Shown: in pieces, positions 28,189 to 36,509 of the stretch
How positions within the stretch are numbered: position 1 is the first letter of the stretch
Layout: each line of letters begins with the position of its first letter
Origin: Clostridia bacterium
GTDB taxonomy: Bacteria; Bacillota; Clostridia; Oscillospirales; CAG-272
DNA: 64,000 nucleotides
Assembly (NCBI GenBank): GCA_028720145.1
Contig: JAQYLJ010000067.1
Location: 91,890-155,889, forward strand
Direction of reading: 5' to 3'
Translations under genes and position numbers: made by a program
Notes under the pieces: generated by a model
Told to the model about the DNA's origin: nothing
What the model saw: only the letters and a program-made list of their open reading frames with translations
The model's database searches: none

Positions 28189-31100
28189 ATGAAAAAGACA
28201 CATTTGCTCCTGCTGGTAAGCATACTGATTCTGCTATGCGGACTTTTCGCCGCTTGCGGGAAAACCGAACAGGTCAGCCTTACCATGGTCACCGGCGACG
28301 GGACTGCTGACACCGTCGTGCAAATCGAAAAGGGCGCACCGTACACCCTGACGGAACCCACCCGCGAGGGATATGCCTTCGCAGGCTGGTACACCGCACA
28401 GGATTATTCCGGCACCCCTGTGACCTCTATCACCCCCGATGCGGACACCACCGTTTACGCTAAGTGGAACAAACTCTATCAGCTGACACTGGATCCGAAC
28501 GGCGGTACCCTTGCGACGACGCGTGTCATGCTCTCCGCCGGAGATCGCATCTCCGAGAAAATCGCGGGGTTGATTCCCGAAAAGGCGGATTGCCGTTTCG
28601 GTACTTGGCTCCTCGACGGAGAACCCCTTGACGCGGATGCGGTGATGGGCAACGAGGATATCACGCTTGTCGCGAAGTATCAGGTCAAGTATACCGTTGA
28701 AATTTTGACTCAGAACGAAACACTGGACGGATACACGCCCGCGCCCGAGTTGCTCGTGGAGTACGGCTACATCGGCGAGGCGGTAGTCCCCTCGCATACC
28801 GTCACGGGGTTCAAAGCAGTGACGAAGTCGGACAGTGTGACCAGACTCGTCCTTTCGGAGAATGCGTCAGAGAATGCGTTCAAGCTGTATTTCGACCGCG
28901 AGAGTTGCACCCTGACATTTGTCTCCAATTATCCGGACGGCTCTGTCAACGAGAGTAAGAAGCAGACGCTGATCTACGGCGTCAAGACAAAATTCCATCC
29001 CGAATCCTTCCAAAAAGAGGGGTATTATCTTGAGGGTTGGGCACTCAGTGCAAACGGCGAGATGGAATATTCCTCTCACATCATGGATGACTCGCTCTTC
29101 AATGCGACTCCTGCCGCCGTAGAAGATATCACCGCCACCGGAAACATTACGCTGTATGCCGTTTGGAGCAAGGGGTATACCGATCTGTTCGGCGGGTCGG
29201 ACATTATGTATGTTTCCAAAGGCGAGGAGAATACCGTTTACCTTTGCCGCGGCGGTTGTTTCTTCAAGGGAAGCCTTGTCAAGAACAAAACCATTGTGTT
29301 CCCGGATGCCAATGCGGATTTCCCCGAGGCAGTGCTCAATTCCGATGGGGAAACCTTCCTTTATAAGAATGCCGACCGCGTTGGGATTACCGCCACCCTG
29401 TACGAAATGGGTGCGGGTAAGGGGTTGAACGAACTCATCAAACTCGTGTTCGACGACGAAAACGGTGTGACCTACTCCGAAAAAGAGAGCGCGGAAGCCA
29501 CGACGACCGTCGATTCCAAGGGCACCTATGTGTTCGATGAGGACGGTAACTTCGTCACGACCTTCACCTCCGGTCCTCTTGACGGGAAGACACTGGTGAT
29601 TGCCGTCGGTACCGTGCGAGTCGGCAGCGAAAGAAGAACGGCATTCCAGGTGAGAAACGAGGAGGATATCAACCTCGGGCGGATTCTCCACTTTGTTGTC
29701 AGCGACAATACCATTGTCGTCCATACCGACGATGACGGCAAAATCATCGGCGACCTGACACTGAACGGATTCGGAATTGCTTCGTATAACGCAGGCTCTT
29801 CCGTCAGCCAATATTACTATACCTACGATGCCGAAACACGCATCATCACCCTGATGAGTTCGCAGGGCAGTGTTGCGGGCGTGCTCCGCCTCATGGAATT
29901 GAACGGTGAGTTGGGGTACATGATTTACAATGCCTCGATGGATGTCACCTACACGCTGGAAGACGGCTCCACCTTGGCGCTGGACGGTATTCAGACCGCC
30001 ACCTACACGCAGGACGGCGTTTCCCACAGCGGCTTCTTCACCACCGAGACCTCTGCCTTCGGCGGCACGATTCTCACCTTTACCGAGGGAGACGTGACCT
30101 ACAAATTCATGATCACGGTCAAAACGCAAGAGGTGTTGGTGGATCCCACCGATCCCGATAGCGGGACGACCTCGACTAAGGTCACGGTCGTTGAGAGAAA
30201 ACCGGCTGCCTACGCGGAATACTATTATCGCGATAGCGAGGGTACCTACTACGGTCCGCTCTTCGTATTCGAGACTGCCGATCGTGCAACGGTGACCGTT
30301 TACGGGTATAACCAAGAAAAGCAGTATCACAAGATCGCCGCAGGTACAATGACATGGGATGCGACCACGGGTCTTTATCTGCTCACCGTTACCGAGACCT
30401 TCACATTGCCCGAGGATGCCAGCCCCGTATTTACAGAGCCGGTCGACTTCTCCAAGGTGAAGACTTGCGCGCTGATGCTGGACTCCACCCTCACGCAGTA
30501 CAGGATTCATTTCTGGTTCAATTACAGCGACGGTGTGGAAACCGTGGACAAAACCCAAGTCCTGACAGGCAGTAACGGCGGGAAACTGACGCTCGTCGCG
30601 GGCTTTGCCATCTATCAGATCAACGGCAAGACCGAGATAGGTACTTACCGTCAGAACGGCAGCGTACTCACCGCGACATTCACAGACCGCAACCTCTATT
30701 TCACACTGGATACCGAAAACGGAACCTATACCGTTTCGACCGCAACCACCGAGACCTATTACGAGGTCGGGAAAGACGGCAAGGTATCGCAGACGAGTTA
30801 TTTGACGATCGATCCTGTGAGCGGCACGGTCTCCTACTGTGTCGTCACGGTCGACGGAGAGACTCAGTCCGTCACCACGTATCCGGGTACACTGACGCGT
30901 ACGGGCAGGACCTCACTCACGGGCTTCTCCATCTACGCCTTTGAGACGAATGAAAAAGCGGCGGATTTCGATGCTCCTCTCTATGCGTTTGAATTGATTG
31001 AACGCTCTATTTTGACAGGAAACTACTTCTTCCGCTATGACGCATCGTATGCAGGGCAGTTTGTTTCCACCAATACGGCGAACGGCGTTCTGACGCTGGA

Positions 31101-33240
31101 CGGCTTCGGGTTCGCTGCCACCTACTCCGACGGAGAAGGGCGCGAGATCATGGGTATGTATCAGAAGAACGGGGACGAAGTGGCAATCTCTTCTGACACG
31201 ACCTACTACTTCCACCTGTCCGAAAACACCTGCGCTTTGCGCGGCAGTGAGTACGGAAAAGTCTATCTGATGATCGACAATCAGGTGTTTGACGGACTAT
31301 ATGCCGAACTCGACGGGTTGGGGAATGCAACCATCTTCCGCATGGTTTTGAGCGGGGAAGAGTATGTGAGAGAACCTGTCGACGAAACCGCTACTTACAC
31401 GGTGAACGGCGACAGAGCCACGATTCATTACCGTGTCGGAGCTGAGGAACATGAAATCGTCGCCAAGTTCGGAACCATGACGAGCGGAAGCAATACTTAC
31501 AATGCACTGCATACCATTCATGACGAAGTGGTCTATTCGTATGTGAACGAAGACGACTGGTCGGTTCTGCGGCTGAACGGTGACGGCACCGCGAATAAGT
31601 ATTTGACAGACGGTTCTGTGGAGACGGGCACCTATTCGCTGGTGACCGAGAGCCTGCTTTACTATGTCAATACAAGCGGCTCGGAGGCATACATCTATGT
31701 CTACGATACCGAGCGCGGCACGGCAACGCCCCGCACCTATACGGCGGTTGCGTATTATACGCCCGAACTGGATTCTCTCCTGTTCTCCGAATACGGTTTC
31801 GCGATTTTCAATAACAGTGTCAGATACTACTACACGGTCGATGAGAATGAGAATGTGACTCTCTACTATCTGGATGAGTCTTCAAGCGAAAAGAATCGTT
31901 ACGGCTATGTTGAGGAGGACTTCGGGGAGCTCTCCGAGACGAAAGTATACGGTAGCAAGACCTATTACAAGAACGACGGCTTTGCCATCAGCTTTGTTCG
32001 TGCCGAAGCGACGAAGGACTATTATCCCGTACGCGTAGATGCCGACAATACACTGCCGACCTTGACCCTGACATTCGCGCCGACGGGCGGCGAGACTTTC
32101 TCGGTCAGCGGCTATGTGATGATCGGAGACGAGAGTTACGAATGCACGGTGGTCAGAGAGATCGTCGACGAAGTCTCCCGTATGTATTTTAGAATCGGGA
32201 GCTATTACTTCTATATCACGATCAACTATCAGGGCGACGGTGTCGGAAGCGACATCAAGAGCACCTATGAGGTCATCGGACTCTCCAACATCAAAACGAT
32301 GCCCTCGTACACCTATCTCTACTATTTGTACTATATCTATTCGATGATGGGATCGAATTACGCGAGCCAGTTTACCAACACCTACGGTACGGTGGCTCTG
32401 CATACGGTCTACAAAGAGGACGGTTCCGTCGAGAAGAGCTATATGAACGCCACCTTCGGCAAGTCCACAACGCTCATGGAGAGCGACGGAACCCTGATCG
32501 AAACGCTGGAAGAAGTGCCGGTCTCCTCTCTGGGGAACAACTTCTACCGTGCGGTCTTTGAGGGTGCAGACGGGTATACATATACCATGATTTTGGTGGC
32601 GCGTCCGGTGTCTGTTTTCAGCACCTACGGGTACAGCATTTACGCTCTGCTTCGTGAAGAGGCGGTTCCTGCCAATGACGGGTTTGTCGTGACTGTCAAC
32701 CGCGTGATTGCCTCTGATATCGGGATGTCCGCAGGGAGTTACTTCTCCTTTGAGCTGACTAAAGACGGTGTAGAAGTCCCCGCCTCCAATGTGATGATGA
32801 ATGATGGCAAACTGTACTACATTGTCAGAGAAACAGGCGAGGGTGCAAAGACCTACTACTATCTGCTGACGCTCGTCGAAAAGACCTCCGGCAGCATAGA
32901 AGAAGGTACCGAGGACACCACGGAGGAGCAAGCGAAACCTCTGCCGCTCTATGACAGCGCAACGGTCACGACGATCGAAGCGACCACGGCGTATGCGGCA
33001 GACGGAAAGAGTTTTGTGGATATTCTCCCCGATAACAAGATTCTGCTTATGTCGCTTGCGACGGAGAAAGATGGGGAGACAGTCAATACCGTCGTGCTGA
33101 TTGCGGAATGTACTTATGATGCGGAGACAGGCGTATACACGCTGAAAACAAGCGATGATAAGACATATACCGTGTCGGTCACGGACGGTGTCGCAACCAT
33201 CACGGAAACTACCGATACAACGACCGAGGAGCAGGCATAA
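28189..33240 (+). CDS. Orphan surface lipoprotein (1683 aa): N-terminal Listeria-Bacteroides repeats followed by about 1350 aa of degenerate beta-rich modules
   Basis: Lipobox LCGLFAAC. EGYAFAGWYTAQDY...TVYAKW and EGYYLEGWALSANG...ITLYAVW. The remainder has no motif I recognise except the recurrent L.L(D/N)G.G.A.Y...G.Y pattern. Confidence 0.85.
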   Translation: MKKTHLLLLVSILILLCGLFAACGKTEQVSLTMVTGDGTADTVVQIEKGAPYTLTEPTREGYAFAGWYTAQDYSGTPVTSITPDADTTVYAKWNKLYQLTLDPNGGTLATTRVMLSAGDRISEKIAGLIPEKADCRFGTWLLDGEPLDADAVMGNEDITLVAKYQVKYTVEILTQNETLDGYTPAPELLVEYGYIGEAVVPSHTVTGFKAVTKSDSVTRLVLSENASENAFKLYFDRESCTLTFVSNYPDGSVNESKKQTLIYGVKTKFHPESFQKEGYYLEGWALSANGEMEYSSHIMDDSLFNATPAAVEDITATGNITLYAVWSKGYTDLFGGSDIMYVSKGEENTVYLCRGGCFFKGSLVKNKTIVFPDANADFPEAVLNSDGETFLYKNADRVGITATLYEMGAGKGLNELIKLVFDDENGVTYSEKESAEATTTVDSKGTYVFDEDGNFVTTFTSGPLDGKTLVIAVGTVRVGSERRTAFQVRNEEDINLGRILHFVVSDNTIVVHTDDDGKIIGDLTLNGFGIASYNAGSSVSQYYYTYDAETRIITLMSSQGSVAGVLRLMELNGELGYMIYNASMDVTYTLEDGSTLALDGIQTATYTQDGVSHSGFFTTETSAFGGTILTFTEGDVTYKFMITVKTQEVLVDPTDPDSGTTSTKVTVVERKPAAYAEYYYRDSEGTYYGPLFVFETADRATVTVYGYNQEKQYHKIAAGTMTWDATTGLYLLTVTETFTLPEDASPVFTEPVDFSKVKTCALMLDSTLTQYRIHFWFNYSDGVETVDKTQVLTGSNGGKLTLVAGFAIYQINGKTEIGTYRQNGSVLTATFTDRNLYFTLDTENGTYTVSTATTETYYEVGKDGKVSQTSYLTIDPVSGTVSYCVVTVDGETQSVTTYPGTLTRTGRTSLTGFSIYAFETNEKAADFDAPLYAFELIERSILTGNYFFRYDASYAGQFVSTNTANGVLTLDGFGFAATYSDGEGREIMGMYQKNGDEVAISSDTTYYFHLSENTCALRGSEYGKVYLMIDNQVFDGLYAELDGLGNATIFRMVLSGEEYVREPVDETATYTVNGDRATIHYRVGAEEHEIVAKFGTMTSGSNTYNALHTIHDEVVYSYVNEDDWSVLRLNGDGTANKYLTDGSVETGTYSLVTESLLYYVNTSGSEAYIYVYDTERGTATPRTYTAVAYYTPELDSLLFSEYGFAIFNNSVRYYYTVDENENVTLYYLDESSSEKNRYGYVEEDFGELSETKVYGSKTYYKNDGFAISFVRAEATKDYYPVRVDADNTLPTLTLTFAPTGGETFSVSGYVMIGDESYECTVVREIVDEVSRMYFRIGSYYFYITINYQGDGVGSDIKSTYEVIGLSNIKTMPSYTYLYYLYYIYSMMGSNYASQFTNTYGTVALHTVYKEDGSVEKSYMNATFGKSTTLMESDGTLIETLEEVPVSSLGNNFYRAVFEGADGYTYTMILVARPVSVFSTYGYSIYALLREEAVPANDGFVVTVNRVIASDIGMSAGSYFSFELTKDGVEVPASNVMMNDGKLYYIVRETGEGAKTYYYLLTLVEKTSGSIEEGTEDTTEEQAKPLPLYDSATVTTIEATTAYAADGKSFVDILPDNKILLMSLATEKDGETVNTVVLIAECTYDAETGVYTLKTSDDKTYTVSVTDGVATITETTDTTTEEQA

Positions 33241-33258
33241 TCTGCTTCCGAATCACAC

Positions 33259-33290
33259 GCGGGCTGTCCTTTGGGGCAGCCCGCATTTTT
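33259..33290 (+). terminator. Rho-independent terminator ending the plus-strand operon
   Basis: GCGGGCTGTCC / GGGCAGCCCGC stem (one G-U pair), loop TTTG, followed by ATTTTT. Confidence 0.6.
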
Positions 33291-33295
33291 GTATA

Positions 33296-33326
33296 ACGAA
33301 AAGACCTCCCGAGGAGTCGGGAGGTC
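33296..33326 (-). terminator. Rho-independent terminator ending the minus-strand block
   Basis: GACCTCCCGA (33303-33312) pairs with TCGGGAGGTC (33317-33326), loop GGAG. On the minus strand it is followed by TTTTCGTT. Confidence 0.6.
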
Positions 33327-33353
33327 AACTATTCTAAAGGGGATGCCGATGGT

Positions 33354-36300
33354 TCACTCTGTCAGTTCATGGATTTTCGCGTCGTACTCGTCCCAGTGTT
33401 CCGCCGAGCGATAGGTCTCTGCGGATTTCACATAGATGGAGGGAACGGTTGCGCCCGCAAAAATATTGAACGATTCGTTCTCCGTCGTGGTTGTCACGGT
33501 GTAGTATTCCGCAGTGGGGACATCCGCAGGGGAGTTGATCGTCTTCCAAATCGTCATGTCCAAAAGACCTGTGCAGTACGCGAAGCAGGCACCGCCGAGT
33601 TTGTTGAGAGACGAGCCGCCGTCCCGCGTCCCGAATGTCACATGCGCAAGATTTCTGCATCCGAAGAACGCCATCTCTCCGACTTCCTCAAAGCAAGCGG
33701 GAAGTGCAAGAGATTTGACCGAGGAACGGTAAAACGCCTTTTTCTCAATGACACGCAGATCGGAGTCCGTCGGGAGAATGAACTTCAAGTTGCCGTAGGT
33801 GGAGCCGTTCGCACCAATGTATCTCGTGCCCGCATAGGCAAATGCGCCGGTCCCGATGACCTGAACGGTCGAGGGGAGCGTAACGCTGTCGAGATAGGAA
33901 TAATAGTAGACTTCACCCGTCTCGGAATCTCTTGAACCCCTCAGATAGAACGCGTATGCGGGGATCTTGGTCACGCCCTCTTCAAAAACGACACTTTCCA
34001 GTATGGAGCATTCACTGAACAGATACATACCGAGGTTCCCTCCGACCGAGCCGGGGATCACCGCACTTTCCAGGTTGCTCATCGCGGCAAAGGCGTAGTC
34101 GCCGATTCTCGTCACGGTGTTCGGTACCGTCAGTTCGGTCAGCCCTGTCTGGCAGAAGGCATAGTCATCAATGTAGGTGACCGTTCCGCTCCAGTTGATT
34201 TCCGTAACTTCCGTGAGATAGGCAAACGCAAATTCCCCGATAAAGGTAATCTCTTCGGAGATGGTGAGTTTGCATAGAGAAGTCGGGGTGCAGGAGCGAT
34301 CGCCTGTCGTGTAGGAGAAGGTGCCGTCGGGCTGAATGGAATTGCTCTTGGAGACCGTACCGCCGAAGATATACATCATATAGTCGGTATCCGTGTCGGT
34401 CCGAGAGCCGCCGATGAACGGGACGGTCAGTTCTTCGAGCTGAAGCACGCCTGCAAAGGCACCCTGTTCAATGCGTGTCACCGAAGAAGGAACAACGACT
34501 GCGCGCACCTTCGATTTGTAGAAGGCGCCCGATACAATGGTTTTCACGGCATCGGAGAAAGTCACGCTCTCTTTCGTTTGAGGAACTAAATAGAGTGTGG
34601 TGAGATCCTTGCTGTACAGGCAGTCATCAAATGCGGCATAAGCGGTATTCGCCGGGGGAACGGTAAAGGATGCAATGGAGGCGCAGCCATAGAAGGCACT
34701 GTCACCGATTTTCGTTACCGTTGCGGGAATCGTGATGTCACTTAGCGCGGTGTATGCGAAAGCATATTTCCCGATGGTGCGAACAGAGCCGATACCGTCG
34801 ATGCTTGTAAGACCCGTAAAGCCGTAGAAGGCATAGTCCGGAAGACTATCTCCTATGGAGACGATGCGGACGCTCGTCAGTGTATCGGGCGAGTAGTTAC
34901 CCGCGGACCCGTTCGCTTCCCCGGAGTCGGCACCGAAGTAGTACGCAAGGTAAGGGTTCCCCGAGGGCAGAGAATAGACGGAAAGGGTTTCGAGCGCCTG
35001 CATCCCCGCGAGGGCACCCTTGCGCAGGGTGAGCTCGGGAGAATCGAGCACCAGTACCTTCAAATTGGAATTGCCGTTGAAGGCATAGGGGGCAATCTCG
35101 GTACAACCCGCAGGCAAGGTGAAGGTCGCCTCGTTTTTGTCGCCCGCAACATAGAGGGAGAGACAGTGACCGAACGCACTGTACAGGTTGCCGTCGATGA
35201 CACGGAACAGAGCCGTGTCATTGTCTTCCGAAGGAATCAGATTCGTCAGCGACAGGCAGCCGTTGAGCGCACCCGTACGCAAATCGTTGAGCAAGGCGGG
35301 AATACGGAACTCACGCACCGAGGAACAGCCGGAGAATGCGTATTCACCGATTTCGGTGACGGTGTCGGGCAGTAAAATGGATTCCAGTGCCTCACAGTCG
35401 GAGAACGCGTACCGTCCCACCGCGAGCAGACTGTCGGAGAAAACGACAGACGAGAGACGGCGGCAGCCGGTAAAGGTGTGTTCACGAATCTCATCAAGTC
35501 CCGAGATGTCCCCGATATCGGTCAGTTTCTCACAACCTGCGAATGCAAACGATTCGATTGTCGTACAGGCGGAAGTAAGGTTCACGGTGGTGAGGGAATA
35601 GCAGTCATAGAAAGCGGATGCGCCGACAGACACAACGGTTTTCGGCAGTTGCACCGATTTCACTTGTCTGTTGCCGGCAAAGGCATTCGCGCCGATGGCG
35701 GTCACTTCCGTTCCCTCCCAGGTGGGCGGGACAATGACGGTTCTCTCGCGTCCCGTATAACCCGTGACAACGCCCCCGTCAATTTGGAGACCTTCGGTGT
35801 ACGCCATTCCATACAGCGTGACAGACCCGGTCGAGACTTCGCAGCCGAAGGGTTGCGTCAGGAAGATATCGGAGAACCAGAGGTAGGAAACGCCGTCGTA
35901 GGTCGCGGGCAGGACAGGAGATCCCGCGGGGAAGACCGAGCGAGCCACTTCCGTACCGTCCACGATGCCGATATATTCACCCATACCGTCATTCAGTTTC
36001 CATCCGGCATACAGGGTCATGCTTTCGGTCGGCGCGGCTTGAAAATTGAATTTAGCGGTGCAAGAAACGTTTTTATACCAGCCGCTAAAGGTGTAGCCCT
36101 CTTTGGTGGGGGCGGGGACGGCACTCTCGTTCAGTGTGTCACCCAGGAGCAGAGCTACGGGGGAAACCGCCGTCCCGCCCTTGGTGTCGAAACGGATGAG
36201 GACGGACTCCAGCGGGATCCAGCCGGCATAATAAGTGACATCCTGTGTGACGGGAATGTTCGACGGTGTGACTGCCACGGTCGCGGCGGTATCGGAATAC

Positions 36301-36509
36301 CAGCCACTAAAGGTATAGCCGTAGCGGGTGGGATTTGCGGGGACGGTCGGGGTCTCCCCGCCTTTGAGGGTGACGGTTGTTGCCGCCGCCCCGTCAAGGG
36401 TGTCAAAGGTTACGGTATAGGTCTCTTTCTTCGAGCAGGAAAAGAGGAAAAGTCCTAACACAAGGCAGAGGACAAGCAGAGCCGAAATTCGTAATGCATT
36501 ATTCTTCAT
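33354..36509 (-). CDS. Surface lipoprotein (1051 aa): two Listeria-Bacteroides repeats plus a BspA-type LRR array
   Basis: ATG 36509 gives MKNNALRISALLVLCLVLGLFLFSC (lipobox). YGYTFSGWYSD...YYAGW, EGYTFSGWYKN...LYAGW, then LRR_5-like units. The track start at 36608 is an Arg/Lys-rich extension inside the upstream gene. Confidence 0.88.
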   Translation of the reverse strand: MKNNALRISALLVLCLVLGLFLFSCSKKETYTVTFDTLDGAAATTVTLKGGETPTVPANPTRYGYTFSGWYSDTAATVAVTPSNIPVTQDVTYYAGWIPLESVLIRFDTKGGTAVSPVALLLGDTLNESAVPAPTKEGYTFSGWYKNVSCTAKFNFQAAPTESMTLYAGWKLNDGMGEYIGIVDGTEVARSVFPAGSPVLPATYDGVSYLWFSDIFLTQPFGCEVSTGSVTLYGMAYTEGLQIDGGVVTGYTGRERTVIVPPTWEGTEVTAIGANAFAGNRQVKSVQLPKTVVSVGASAFYDCYSLTTVNLTSACTTIESFAFAGCEKLTDIGDISGLDEIREHTFTGCRRLSSVVFSDSLLAVGRYAFSDCEALESILLPDTVTEIGEYAFSGCSSVREFRIPALLNDLRTGALNGCLSLTNLIPSEDNDTALFRVIDGNLYSAFGHCLSLYVAGDKNEATFTLPAGCTEIAPYAFNGNSNLKVLVLDSPELTLRKGALAGMQALETLSVYSLPSGNPYLAYYFGADSGEANGSAGNYSPDTLTSVRIVSIGDSLPDYAFYGFTGLTSIDGIGSVRTIGKYAFAYTALSDITIPATVTKIGDSAFYGCASIASFTVPPANTAYAAFDDCLYSKDLTTLYLVPQTKESVTFSDAVKTIVSGAFYKSKVRAVVVPSSVTRIEQGAFAGVLQLEELTVPFIGGSRTDTDTDYMMYIFGGTVSKSNSIQPDGTFSYTTGDRSCTPTSLCKLTISEEITFIGEFAFAYLTEVTEINWSGTVTYIDDYAFCQTGLTELTVPNTVTRIGDYAFAAMSNLESAVIPGSVGGNLGMYLFSECSILESVVFEEGVTKIPAYAFYLRGSRDSETGEVYYYSYLDSVTLPSTVQVIGTGAFAYAGTRYIGANGSTYGNLKFILPTDSDLRVIEKKAFYRSSVKSLALPACFEEVGEMAFFGCRNLAHVTFGTRDGGSSLNKLGGACFAYCTGLLDMTIWKTINSPADVPTAEYYTVTTTTENESFNIFAGATVPSIYVKSAETYRSAEHWDEYDAKIHELTE
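33560..35790 (-). repeat. BspA-type LRR array (protein-level)
   Basis: Units such as LPKTVVSVGASAFYDCYSLTTVNLTSACTTIESFAFAGC recur. Confidence 0.75.
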
